From the NCBI GenBank assembly GCA_963719085.1, contig CAVRAL010000004.1, forward strand, positions 1,184,001 through 1,248,000: a stretch of DNA of 64,000 nt, written 5' to 3'. The translations under genes were made by a program, and so were the position numbers. The notes under the pieces were generated by a model that had not been told where the DNA came from, did not search any database, and worked only from the letters and a program-made list of their open reading frames with translations. Below are positions 1 to 9,350 of the stretch, in pieces. The DNA is from a candidate division FCPU426 bacterium. GTDB lineage: Bacteria; Oederibacteriota; Muellerivitia; Muellerivitales; Muellerivitaceae. Positions within the stretch are counted from its first letter, which is position 1. Each line of letters starts with the position of its first letter.

Positions 1-44
1 ACAGCGAAATAAATCAGAATTTGAATCCATTGGTTGCCTGTCAT
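1..44 (-). CDS. kdpA: Potassium-transporting ATPase subunit A, 5' end only (runs off the window)
   Basis: Minus-strand ATG at 44 reads MTGNQWIQILIYFA..., like a KdpA N-terminus, directly downstream of kdpF. Confidence 0.65.
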   Translation of the reverse strand, partial: MTGNQWIQILIYFA

Positions 45-57
45 TTGAGCCGCTCCT

Positions 58-147
58 TTAAAACCATTCGGGTTTCAACAAGGCGATCACCAGATAAACT
101 AAAAGCGCCGCCGCCACCAGGCCGCTGACGATATATAGAAGGGTCAT
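58..147 (-). CDS. kdpF: K+-transporting ATPase subunit F
   Basis: 29-aa hydrophobic peptide MTLLYIVSGLVAAALLVYLVIALLKPEWF with the KdpF signature YLxxALxxPExF. Confidence 0.9.
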   Translation of the reverse strand: MTLLYIVSGLVAAALLVYLVIALLKPEWF

Positions 148-460
148 GAGTCGCCTCCCATCATTTTGTCCAGGGCGCCGATCAACCACAGGCTGGACAA
201 GGTCAAGACCAGGAAAATCCCAGCGCAATAAAGTTCCAACATGATTTCCCCCTTTTTTCAAAAAGTTTTCTACTTGAATCCTAGAGGCTTCCACGCATGC
301 TCTTTATGTCCCGAGTCATAGTCGGGCCCTCTTTCAGATTCGATGAAAACCATAGGATGAAAGGGTGTTAAGATGTTGTAGAGATGGGAAGGCGGGTTGT
401 GGAGAAGTTGTGGAGGTGAAAAACCCGCCCAAACATTATTTCACCGGTTCGGGAGAAAAC

Positions 461-1204
461 ATGGAAACGCGTGTTTTGCGGTGGGTCTTGACGCTGGGAT
501 GGTTTTTGGCGCCGGCGGCGCTTTGGGCTGAACCGCCTTTCAATACCGGGGACCCCGAACCCACCGACCCCGGGCATTTTGAGATTTATCTCTCCGGTTC
601 CTACACGTCCAACGATTCGGGAAGCGAAGGCGAACTGCCCGAACTGGAAGTGGATTACGGGGCGCTTCCGGATCTTCAGCTTCATATCGCCACGCCCTTT
701 CTTTATAACAACCCCCATGGAGGCGGCGGCGCTTATGGTTATGGAGACACCGAATTAGGCGCGAAGCTCCGCCTGTACAGCAATCCGGATAAGGCCTTCC
801 AATGGGGGATCTATCCCTTAATGGAAGTTCCCACGGGCGACGCTTCCAAGGGACTCGGCAACGGGCAGGCGCAATTTTTTATTCCGATCTGGTTTCAGAA
901 GCAAATCGGAACCTGGAAAAGTTACGGCGGCGGGGGCTATTGGTTTAATCCGGGGCCGGGGCACTTGGACTGGGTTTATATCGGATGGGTTTTACAGGAT
1001 TCGGTTTCTCCCTTGTTGGATTTGGGCGGCGAGGTGTTTTTTCATACGGCTTCCGAAACCGGAACCGCGGACGCTTTGGGATGGGACGTGGGCGGGGGGT
1101 TGAATTTCAACGAGGACCATCACCTTTTAATGACAATGGGGCGGGATACGGTGGAAGACCAGGTGACCTATACCCTTTACGCCGCCTATGAATTGGACCT
1201 ATAA
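461..1204 (+). CDS. Putative outer-membrane beta-barrel/transporter family protein
   Basis: Signal peptide, PPFNTGDPEP and GYGDTELGAKLR motifs, alternating beta-strand pattern. Confidence 0.6.
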   Translation: METRVLRWVLTLGWFLAPAALWAEPPFNTGDPEPTDPGHFEIYLSGSYTSNDSGSEGELPELEVDYGALPDLQLHIATPFLYNNPHGGGGAYGYGDTELGAKLRLYSNPDKAFQWGIYPLMEVPTGDASKGLGNGQAQFFIPIWFQKQIGTWKSYGGGGYWFNPGPGHLDWVYIGWVLQDSVSPLLDLGGEVFFHTASETGTADALGWDVGGGLNFNEDHHLLMTMGRDTVEDQVTYTLYAAYELDL

Positions 1205-3320
1205 CCCGGTGAAATCCGGATATGGCGCCCTTTTTTGGGTTGGGGGAACCCTGCTGTGGGCCCTGTTGATTTTCGGTCATTACTTTTCCCTAAGCTTTTT
1301 CCAGGACTTCTCATTTCTGAGCCAAGTGAAGCGGGACTTTGAGCAAGCGAATGGGGACATCCTGCGCGCCTCCCTGGCGGACCGGGGGCCGGGGGTCCTT
1401 TGGGATTTCATGATGGGGCTCACCTTGTGGGCCTGGGGAAAACGCTTGGGTGATTGGATTGGATTGCCGAAGCTCCCGATGGCCTTAAAGATCGCTTTTC
1501 AAGCGGCGCTGGGAATCGTTTTTTTCAACAGCCTTTGGCTGGGGTTGGGCTTGAGCGGGTTGTGGTTTAAAAGTCTTTTTTTAATTCTCTCCCTGTTGTT
1601 CATGGGTCCGGCGCTTTGGTTTTTAACGAAAGATTTACCGCGGGCCTGGAAAGGCTTCCGCTCGGGCTTTGATTTCCCGCCGCGGGCCTGGGTATTCGCG
1701 CCGGTTCTTTTAGCGGTTCTTTTGTACCTGCTGGCCTTGGCCCAAAGTTTGGTTCCTGAGATTTATTTTGACGGGTTGGTTTACCATCTTTCGGTCCTCC
1801 AGTTTTGGTGGGACCGCCACGGCATCCTGGATTTCGCCACGAATTTTCATTCCTATTATCCCTTCGGCGCCGAGCTTTATTTTTTAAACGGGTTTTGGCC
1901 CTCGGGAGCGGGGGAAGACGCCAAGCTTCTGAATGTTTTTGCCTTGGGGCTGACGGTTTTGGCGGCGGCGGGCTGGGTGGCGGAGGAATCGGGGGCGGCT
2001 CTGGCGTGGTTGACGGGCGCGTCGCTTTTATTTCTTCCCTGGGTTTCCACGACGGTTTGGACCACGCAAAACGAGGTGGTGCTGGCTTTTTTCCTGCTGC
2101 TTTTCTTTTACGCGGCGCGGCGCTGGGCCCGCGCGGCCGCCGCGGGACCCCGGTTGGCTTGGGTGCTGCTGGCCGGACTTGCCGGCGGCGCGGCCTTGAG
2201 CGTGAAATACACGGCGGCTCCGGCTTTTTTGGCCGCGGGAGCCGCGCTTTTCATCGAGAATCCCAAAAGTTTTGGACGGGACCGTTGGAAAGAATGGCTT
2301 TTATTGGCCGGCCTTTTGGCGGGGGCCTTGGGTCCTTGGCTTTTGAAAAACTTCTTTTATACGGGCAACTTGATTTATCCCTATTTGGCCCAATGGGTCG
2401 GCGGACGGAGCCTTTCGCCCGAAAGATTCCAGGAACTATTGGCCAATCACGAGTCGGTTTTTGGCGTGGGCGGCGCGCCTTTTTGGAAGTGGCCTTATGA
2501 GGCGGCGGTCCATCATGTTGATCGCACGATGGGCCCCCTGCTTTTTTCCTTCCTTCCATTTTTGGCGGCGGGGCTGGCGGGGTGGAAGAAAGAAAGGTAC
2601 TTGTTGGCGCTGGTCTTACTTTACCTGGCGGGCGGTTTTTTGATTTCCTACCAGACCCGGCTGATGATCCCTGAAATGGTTCTGTTTTTAGCGGGGACCG
2701 GTTGTTTTTTAGGCGGGCTCAAAAAACCGGGCCTCGCCGGTATTTGGGCCGTCGTTCTTTTGGTTTTCGGGCTGACCACCTTTTTATCCTTGATTCGTTT
2801 AAGCGCGGACTATACGCAAAGCCAGAAGATTTGGCTTGGCGTTCAAACCCGGGAAGATTTTTTGAGAACATCCCCCCAAACGGCTTCGTTTTATTCCTTG
2901 GCGCGGGCCTGCGGGAGCCTGGCTTCCGGAGACCGTCTTTTGGTGGTGGGCGACGCCCGGGGGCTTTATTATCCAAGGGCTTACTTCACCAACAGCGTTT
3001 TTGACGACCCCCAGCTGGTCAAGATCACCCGGGAGGCGTCCAACGCCCAGGGGATTGGGCGGGAACTGCGGCAATTGGGAGTGGACGATTTAGTGATTCC
3101 CGGCGAGGAAGAAATGCGCCTTTCCCGCCTTTACCCGGAAGACTACGCCTTGACCGCGGCCCAGTGGAAAAACCTGGATGATTTCATCCAACGGGGCGCC
3201 GATTTGGTTTATTGGAGGGGCCCCCAAGCGATTTACCACCTGCGCCCGGTTTTAAGCTCCCGGGCCCAACCCATTCCGGATCTTTTACTTTTATTACCCA
3301 ATTCCAAAGTCAAACCATAA
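1188..3320 (+). CDS. Polytopic membrane glycosyltransferase (GT-C, ArnT/PMT-like)
   Basis: Many transmembrane helices; FDGLVYHL, VKYTA and KNFFYTGNLIYPY motifs. Confidence 0.65.
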   Translation: MNWTYNPVKSGYGALFWVGGTLLWALLIFGHYFSLSFFQDFSFLSQVKRDFEQANGDILRASLADRGPGVLWDFMMGLTLWAWGKRLGDWIGLPKLPMALKIAFQAALGIVFFNSLWLGLGLSGLWFKSLFLILSLLFMGPALWFLTKDLPRAWKGFRSGFDFPPRAWVFAPVLLAVLLYLLALAQSLVPEIYFDGLVYHLSVLQFWWDRHGILDFATNFHSYYPFGAELYFLNGFWPSGAGEDAKLLNVFALGLTVLAAAGWVAEESGAALAWLTGASLLFLPWVSTTVWTTQNEVVLAFFLLLFFYAARRWARAAAAGPRLAWVLLAGLAGGAALSVKYTAAPAFLAAGAALFIENPKSFGRDRWKEWLLLAGLLAGALGPWLLKNFFYTGNLIYPYLAQWVGGRSLSPERFQELLANHESVFGVGGAPFWKWPYEAAVHHVDRTMGPLLFSFLPFLAAGLAGWKKERYLLALVLLYLAGGFLISYQTRLMIPEMVLFLAGTGCFLGGLKKPGLAGIWAVVLLVFGLTTFLSLIRLSADYTQSQKIWLGVQTREDFLRTSPQTASFYSLARACGSLASGDRLLVVGDARGLYYPRAYFTNSVFDDPQLVKITREASNAQGIGRELRQLGVDDLVIPGEEEMRLSRLYPEDYALTAAQWKNLDDFIQRGADLVYWRGPQAIYHLRPVLSSRAQPIPDLLLLLPNSKVKP

Positions 3321-3342
3321 AACTTAGGGGACATTTCAATTT

Positions 3343-3448
3343 TTTCACCACCAAGACGCCAAGGCACCAAGGAAACCAAAACGCGAGATTCTGAATTAAA
3401 CCTAGGAATTTAAGTCTTTCTTGGTGTCTTGGCGTCTTGGTGGTGAAA
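3343..3448. repeat. Palindromic intergenic repeat, family A (CCAAGACGCCAAG arms)
   Basis: 32-bp inverted arms at 3343-3374 and 3417-3448 with 2 mismatches and an AT-rich spacer. Confidence 0.85.
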
Positions 3449-3534
3449 GAGTTTTGACGTGTTCTTAATAGAATGCGGTGAAAGTCGTCCCCTGGGTCGA
3501 TTATCATAAGAGACACTAAAAGACGGGAGCGGGC

Positions 3535-4890
3535 ATGGGCAAACCATTGGTGGCGATCATCCTGGCGGCGGGCGAGGGCACCCGCATGAAATCCAATCTC
3601 CCCAAGGTGCTTCACCCGGTCGGGGGCAGGCCCATGCTGGATTACGCCCTGGACCACGCCTTGGAAGCCGGCGCGTCAAAAGTTTATCTGGTGGTCGGCG
3701 CCCACGCCCAAAAAGTCCTGGCCCACGCGGGCAAGCGCGCGACCGCGGTCGTCCAAAAAGAGCGCCGGGGAACCGGACACGCGGTGCAAAGCGTGATGCC
3801 CCGGATTAAAAATTTTTCCGGCGACCTGTTGGTGATTTACGCCGATTCAGCCCTGCTGCGCCCCCAAACTTTGATGGCGCTTAGCCAGTTCCACCGTTTT
3901 CATGGCGGCGCGGCCACCTTGTTGACCGCCCGTGTGGCGGACCCATTTGGCTATGGCCGGATCGTGCGGGACCGGAACGGGAAAGTGGAAAAAATCGTCG
4001 AGGAAAAAGACGCCGATGAGGCCACCCGGCGCCTTTCGGAAGTGAACGGGGGGGCTTATCTGTTTAAAGCCGCTTCCTTGCGGGAGGCTTTGAAAAAGAT
4101 AAAACCTAAAAACGCCAAGGGCGAGTTGTATCTGACCGACGCCGTGGGCGAGATGATTTGGCGCGATGAGAAAGTCGAGGCCTTAACGGTTCCGGACGCG
4201 CGGGAAATCTTGGGCGTGAACGACCGGGGACAATGGGCCCAGGCGCACCGAATTTTGACCGAACGAAGAATTGAGACGCATCAACAAAACGGCGTGACCT
4301 TCCTCAATCCTTCCACGGTGGAGATCGAGGAAGGCGTCAAGATCGGCCAGGACTCGATCATCGAAGGCGGCGTTTATTTGGGAGGGAACACGGTCCTGGG
4401 CGCGGCTTGCCGGGTGGAATCGGGCAGCCGCTTGGTGAACGCCAAACTCGGGCGTCAAGTGACGGTGAAAAGCTCCAGGATATCCGACAGCCAAGTGGGC
4501 GATCACTCGGATGTGGGACCGAACGCCCATGTGCGGGCCGGCTCGGTCATCGGCCAGGGCGTCCATATCGGGACCAACGCCGAACTCAAAAACGCCAAGC
4601 TCCAGCCGGGCGCCAAGGTGGGGCATTTTTCCTACGTGGGCGACGCGGTTTTGGGCCGGGACGTGAATGTGGGCGCGGGGTGCGTATTCGCCAATTTCGA
4701 TGGGTTGAAAAAACACCGGACGATTGTGGGGGATAAGGCTTTTTTGGGAAGCAATAGCACGCTGGTGGCCCCGCTTAAGATCGGCGCCGGCGCCATTGTG
4801 GGCGCGGGGGCGGTGGTTACGAAAAACGTGGCCGCGAAGGCGATTGTGGCGGGTGTGCCCGCGAAACCCATGAAAAAGAAGAAGCCATAA
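3535..4890 (+). CDS. glmU: Bifunctional UDP-N-acetylglucosamine pyrophosphorylase / glucosamine-1-phosphate N-acetyltransferase
   Basis: LAAGEGTRMKSNLPKVLH, GYGRIVR and hexapeptide-repeat C-terminal domain. Confidence 0.97.
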   Translation: MGKPLVAIILAAGEGTRMKSNLPKVLHPVGGRPMLDYALDHALEAGASKVYLVVGAHAQKVLAHAGKRATAVVQKERRGTGHAVQSVMPRIKNFSGDLLVIYADSALLRPQTLMALSQFHRFHGGAATLLTARVADPFGYGRIVRDRNGKVEKIVEEKDADEATRRLSEVNGGAYLFKAASLREALKKIKPKNAKGELYLTDAVGEMIWRDEKVEALTVPDAREILGVNDRGQWAQAHRILTERRIETHQQNGVTFLNPSTVEIEEGVKIGQDSIIEGGVYLGGNTVLGAACRVESGSRLVNAKLGRQVTVKSSRISDSQVGDHSDVGPNAHVRAGSVIGQGVHIGTNAELKNAKLQPGAKVGHFSYVGDAVLGRDVNVGAGCVFANFDGLKKHRTIVGDKAFLGSNSTLVAPLKIGAGAIVGAGAVVTKNVAAKAIVAGVPAKPMKKKKP

Positions 4891-5017
4891 AATTGTGAAG
4901 TCCCCCGTCCGAGGGGCGAAATCCGTCAATAAGAACGGCCCTGTTAAAAAATAACCCAAACGACCCGATTTCTTTTAAAATCAACGAGCTGAAATTACGA
5001 CTTTCCGAGGAACAACC

Positions 5018-5980
5018 ATGAGCCCCAAATCGCCTAAATTGGAAGGCCTGAAAGTTTTCAGCGGAACCGCCAATTTGGCCCTGGCCAAAAATATCGCCAA
5101 GTCCTTGGGCGTGCCCCTGGGCGAGGTTTTGGTCACCCGTTTTTCCGAAGGCGAGACCCGGGTGAAGATCAACGAGGACGTCCGCGGCCGGGATATTTTC
5201 CTCATCCAACCCACCTGCCCGCCGGTCAACGATAACGTCATTGAGCTTCTCATTATGTTGGACGCTTTCAAGCGCGCGTCGGCCCGCCGAGTCACCTCGG
5301 TGCTTCCTTACTACGGGTACGCCCGGCAGGACCGCAAAGACCAACCCCGGGTTCCCATTACGGCCAAGCTCATGGCCAACATCATCACCGTGGCCGGCAC
5401 GAACCGGGTTTTGACCATGGACCTTCACGCCCAGCAGATCCAGGGCTTCTTTGACATCCCGGTGGACCACCTTTACGCCTATCCGGTCTTGTCGGGTTAT
5501 TTCCGGAAGAAAAAGCTTAAAGACCTCACCGTAGTGTCCCCTGACGTGGGCGGCATCAAGATGGCCCGGGCCTATGCCAAGGGCTTGGGGGCGGATCTAG
5601 CTATTGTGGATAAGCGCCGCACCGGCCCCAACGAGGTGGAGGCGATGAACCTGATTGGGGAGGTCAAAAACCGAACCGTGCTCATCCCGGATGACATTAT
5701 CGCCACCGGAAGCTCCCTGGTGGAGGCCGTCAACGCCTTGGTCAAGTTTGGGGCGGGAGACATCTATGCCTGCTGTACCCACGCCATTTTGTCGGGAAAT
5801 GCCGTGCAAAAACTGCAAAAATCGGCCTTGAAAGAAATCGTGGTTACGGATACCATTCCTCTTCCCCCGGAGAAGCGGGTTGATAAGATCAAGGTTCTCA
5901 CGGTGGCGCCCCTCTTGGGCGAAGCGATCATGCGGATACACAATGAGCGGTCCATCAGCACGTTGTTTGACGATCCCTAG
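5018..5980 (+). CDS. prs: Ribose-phosphate pyrophosphokinase
   Basis: PYYGYARQDRK, DLHAQQIQGFFDIPVD and VVSPDVGG motifs; follows glmU. Confidence 0.97.
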   Translation: MSPKSPKLEGLKVFSGTANLALAKNIAKSLGVPLGEVLVTRFSEGETRVKINEDVRGRDIFLIQPTCPPVNDNVIELLIMLDAFKRASARRVTSVLPYYGYARQDRKDQPRVPITAKLMANIITVAGTNRVLTMDLHAQQIQGFFDIPVDHLYAYPVLSGYFRKKKLKDLTVVSPDVGGIKMARAYAKGLGADLAIVDKRRTGPNEVEAMNLIGEVKNRTVLIPDDIIATGSSLVEAVNALVKFGAGDIYACCTHAILSGNAVQKLQKSALKEIVVTDTIPLPPEKRVDKIKVLTVAPLLGEAIMRIHNERSISTLFDDP

Positions 5981-6036
5981 ACGCGAAAAATAACCGACCA
6001 CTCGCTAATATCATTCTGTTGAGGAGCCGTGCCGAA

Positions 6037-6762
6037 ATGAAACAAGTACCTATTACCGCTAAAATCCGTACCACCCGGGGCAGCGCCCAAACCCGCCGTC
6101 TGCGCGCCGAAGGCCTGGTGCCGGCCGAGCTTTACGGCCACAAAGAAACCAACCAATCGATCGCGGTGGAAGAGAAGGACCTGAACAAGATCCTGGCCAC
6201 TTCCCGCGGCGAGAACATCTTTTTCGCCTTGAACGTGGAAGGTCAAAAGGGCGATCCGGCCTTGGCCATCATCAAGGAAATCCAATACGACAAGATCAAG
6301 AGCTCGATCATCCACGCTGATTTCCATAAAGTGAACATGAACGAGAAGATCCGCATCAAGGTTCCCATCAAGATCGTCAACGGCGACATGGCCGAAGGCG
6401 TGAAGTCGGGCGGCACCTTGCAAACCTTCATCCGTTCGCTGGAAGTTTATTGCCTGCCGTCCCAAATCCCGGAAGCCATCCCGGTGGATGTGCTCACCCT
6501 GAAGGTCGGGGAAGCGGTCCACGTTTCCGACTTGAAGCTGACCGGCGATGTGCGGGCCACTTTGAGCGGGGAAAATGTCATCGTTTCCGTGGCCGCTCAA
6601 GCCGCCGAGGAAGTCAAGGCGGAGGCCGTCGCGGCCGCCCCGGGCGCCGCGGTTGCGGGAGCCACGGGAGCTACCGAGCCCGAAGTCATCACGGCCAAGA
6701 AGAAAGACGACGCCGCGGCGCCTGCCGCCGGCGCCGACAAGAAGCCGGCCGAAAAGAAGTAA
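6037..6762 (+). CDS. rplY: 50S ribosomal protein bL25 (Ctc form)
   Basis: RRLRAEGLVPAELYG and HADF motifs, long Ctc C-terminus; conserved prs-rplY-pth order. Confidence 0.95.
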   Translation: MKQVPITAKIRTTRGSAQTRRLRAEGLVPAELYGHKETNQSIAVEEKDLNKILATSRGENIFFALNVEGQKGDPALAIIKEIQYDKIKSSIIHADFHKVNMNEKIRIKVPIKIVNGDMAEGVKSGGTLQTFIRSLEVYCLPSQIPEAIPVDVLTLKVGEAVHVSDLKLTGDVRATLSGENVIVSVAAQAAEEVKAEAVAAAPGAAVAGATGATEPEVITAKKKDDAAAPAAGADKKPAEKK

Positions 6763-6794
6763 CCGCCGGTTTTTTCGCCTCGCTGAATTTTTTC

Positions 6795-6827
6795 AAGCCA
6801 CTTCGCCTGGGGCGGGGTGGCTTTTTT
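6795..6827 (+). terminator. Intrinsic terminator after rplY
   Basis: AAGCCACTTCGCC..GGCGGGGTGGC hairpin followed by a T-tract. Confidence 0.75.
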
Positions 6828-6866
6828 GTTTCGTGATTAAGAAAGTTTAACAGAAAATCCAATTAA

Positions 6867-6948
6867 CAATGATGGACGCAGATAAACGCGGATTCGATTG
6901 GAATAAAATTATCCTATCTTCATCGGTGTTCATCAGCGTCCATCATTG
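6867..6948. repeat. Palindromic intergenic repeat, family B (GATGGACGCAGAT(A/G)AACGCGGAT arms)
   Basis: CAATGATGGACGCAGATAAAC pairs with GTTCATCAGCGTCCATCATTG; the same left arm recurs at 24442. Confidence 0.8.
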
Positions 6949-6971
6949 CAAAATGCCTTGCGAGGTGTTTT

Positions 6972-7556
6972 ATGGCTTCTGAAACTTGGCTGGTGGTGGG
7001 GTTGGGCAACCCGGGCCCCCGCTATGCCCATACCCGGCACAACGCGGGGTTTGAGGCCGTTGAGACCTTGGTCCTGCGGCGCTCGGTTCCGCTTAAGGAA
7101 AAGGATGAGGCCATCTTTGGCTCCTATGTTTTGGAAGACCGGGAAGTCATCCTCTTTTTCCCCCAGACCTTCATGAATGAATCGGGCCGGGCCGTGGCGC
7201 CGTTCCTTCGTTACCGTCAAATCCCCTTAAACCGGCTTTTGGTTTTATCCGACGATTTGGACCTGCCGGTGGGAAAACTCCGGGCCAAACCTTTCGGATC
7301 TTCCGGCGGCCAGCATGGGCTGGATTCCATCATCGCCCATGTGGGAGCCAGCGATTTTCCCCGGATCCGCGTCGGCATTGGGAAGCCCCCGAATCCTACG
7401 CAAGGCGCGGAGCATGTGCTGTCCAAATTCACTCCGGACGAAAAACCCTTGATCGAAAAGGCCATTGCCCGGGCGGGCGCCGGGATTGAGACCTATATCC
7501 TGCGAGGGCCGGACGCCGCCATGCGGGAACTCAACGGCGATATGCCTGAAAACTGA
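6972..7556 (+). CDS. pth: Peptidyl-tRNA hydrolase
   Basis: VGLGNPG, TRHNAGF, PQTFMNESG and DDLDLP motifs. Confidence 0.97.
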   Translation: MASETWLVVGLGNPGPRYAHTRHNAGFEAVETLVLRRSVPLKEKDEAIFGSYVLEDREVILFFPQTFMNESGRAVAPFLRYRQIPLNRLLVLSDDLDLPVGKLRAKPFGSSGGQHGLDSIIAHVGASDFPRIRVGIGKPPNPTQGAEHVLSKFTPDEKPLIEKAIARAGAGIETYILRGPDAAMRELNGDMPEN

Positions 7557-7557
7557 G

Positions 7558-7691
7558 AACCAAAACCAACCGCTCACGCAAAGACGCCAAGACGCTAAGA
7601 AATAAAAAATTTTTTGATTTTCAAATTTGATGATTCCGGCTTTGACTACCTTTTCGTCTTGGCGTCTTTGCGTGAGCCGTTTTTGTTGGTT
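7558..7691. repeat. Palindromic intergenic repeat, family A, empty copy
   Basis: Perfect 23-bp inverted repeat GCTCACGCAAAGACGCCAAGACG (7572-7594 / 7655-7677) with a 60-bp AT-rich spacer, between convergent genes. Confidence 0.9.
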
Positions 7692-7699
7692 GAAGTTTG

Positions 7700-9244
7700 T
7701 TACTTTAACTTAAATACATAATTCAGCGGCACGCCTTCGCGTTTCACCACGTAGACAATTTTGGAAGCGTCCACCAGCTTGTCTTTATCATCCCGGGTGG
7801 TAGACAGGTAATAGTCGGCCTTTTTCAAATCATCCGTCCAGGCCAACCGATCGTCAAAGTAGCAGGCCACTTGGTAGGAATTGCCGCTGGCATTAATGAG
7901 AATGGGTGTTTTGCCCATTGGGTTTTCTCGTGTTTTAACCCACTCCACCGCTTCCTTGAAACTGGCGCCCCAATAGTCGGTCTCAAAGCGGGCTTGAGCC
8001 CCCCTGAGCCCTCCGGTTAACTCGTTGAAATAAACATACTCATAAGGATGCAGTCGAATCAAATCGACCGCCACAAACAGCGCCAAAAAGGCCGTGGTGA
8101 GGCCGATTACACGGCGGTTTCGTTGGGTCAGCAGGAATTCGGCGAAAGCCCCCGCCGCCATCACTCCCATCACCGGCAATAGAAATAGGAAATGCCGTAA
8201 ACCGTCGTATACCACGGGCTTCAGAAGGAAGTAAAAGGCCAGGTTCACCAATAGGGCTAGGGCCAGGAGCAGCCAGAGGGGGTTTGCCTTTGTTTTTTTC
8301 AGCGCCGTGAAGGAAGCCAAAAACCAGCCCAGGATGAAGAGGGGCGTGGTGACGAGCAAGAAAACCGGCAGATAGCTTCGAGGCAGGTCGTTCGACTGAA
8401 TCTCACGGCCCATAAACAGGACCGGACTACTCCAAGGATAATTCTTCGCCGCGTCCAGAAGCTCGATCATGCGGTGGAAGTAATCGGCGCCCAGATAGGG
8501 CCAGGTGGCGACCAGGATGAAATTAGACAAAATGAAAACCAAAAGGAACGCCGGAATCCGGTCGCTCCAAAAGGGAGTTGGTTTTGCCTTAGGTTTTCTA
8601 TTCGTCTTGGCGGCTTCCCACCGCCAAAGAATCATTTCATAACAGGGCCAGATGAGGAAAAGCGTGAATCCCACCAGCCTTTGGGAAACGGTGAGGCCGA
8701 AAAGGGCGCCCAAGATCAAAATTTTCCCCAAGCTCGGGAAGGGTTTTTGGTTCAGCAGGAAGACGGCGGCCAGGGACACAAAATAAAGCACGGCGAAGGG
8801 CCCGTCTTTCGGGTTGGCCGGAAGATCGCCGGTGAGACGGGGCGTGAGAAAAAGAAAAACCGGCCCCAGAACCGCGGCCCAGGGTTTTCGCGTTTGAGCC
8901 AATAAAACCTCGTAAGCGGCGGCGAAGAGAAAAAAACCGAAGGCCAGGTTTAACCAGTGGTCGTAAGCGATATCCATGGAGGGATTCAGCAGCGAAAGGA
9001 CCCAGGCGTACCAATGGTCGTAAAGCACGGTGGCGTCGTTCGGGGAGGCCTTTTGAATAAGGCCCATCCATTGGCCGTCGAGAAGATAGCGGCCCAACAC
9101 CAAGCCGCGCGCGTAAACACCCGATTCATCCCAGGTCTCCCCGTAATTCCGGTAGGTCAGGGCGATAAATAGAAAATAAAAGAACGAAAAGAAAACCAAG
9201 GGATAGCGTTTTTCAAAAAAGGTCGGGGAAGCGGCTTGGGCCAT
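7700..9244 (-). CDS. Membrane glycosyltransferase (GT-C, ArnT/PMT-like)
   Basis: YGETWDE, NPKDGPFA, YDGLRHFLFLLP, HPYEYVYFNEL and DYWG motifs with many transmembrane helices. Confidence 0.7.
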   Translation of the reverse strand: MAQAASPTFFEKRYPLVFFSFFYFLFIALTYRNYGETWDESGVYARGLVLGRYLLDGQWMGLIQKASPNDATVLYDHWYAWVLSLLNPSMDIAYDHWLNLAFGFFLFAAAYEVLLAQTRKPWAAVLGPVFLFLTPRLTGDLPANPKDGPFAVLYFVSLAAVFLLNQKPFPSLGKILILGALFGLTVSQRLVGFTLFLIWPCYEMILWRWEAAKTNRKPKAKPTPFWSDRIPAFLLVFILSNFILVATWPYLGADYFHRMIELLDAAKNYPWSSPVLFMGREIQSNDLPRSYLPVFLLVTTPLFILGWFLASFTALKKTKANPLWLLLALALLVNLAFYFLLKPVVYDGLRHFLFLLPVMGVMAAGAFAEFLLTQRNRRVIGLTTAFLALFVAVDLIRLHPYEYVYFNELTGGLRGAQARFETDYWGASFKEAVEWVKTRENPMGKTPILINASGNSYQVACYFDDRLAWTDDLKKADYYLSTTRDDKDKLVDASKIVYVVKREGVPLNYVFKLK

Positions 9245-9302
9245 GGGCCCATTTAACAGGAGCCGAGGGTCCGCTTCAACAGCGGAATGAGGGGTTTAAA
9301 AG

Positions 9303-9331
9303 AAAAGGCCGGGCGGACTTGCCCGGCCTTT
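9303..9331 (-). terminator. Intrinsic terminator after the RND gene
   Basis: AAAAGGCCGGGC-GGACTT-GCCCGGCCTTT hairpin. Confidence 0.7.
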
Positions 9332-9350
9332 GGATAAATCAGGATAAAAA

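Noticed and set aside
148..294. 78-aa ORF as an extended KdpF
   Set aside because: KdpF homology covers only the last 29 aa, and ATG 147 has its own GGAGG Shine-Dalgarno.
4891..5017. tRNA between glmU and prs
   Set aside because: No cloverleaf, T-loop GTTCRA motif or acceptor stem is visible.
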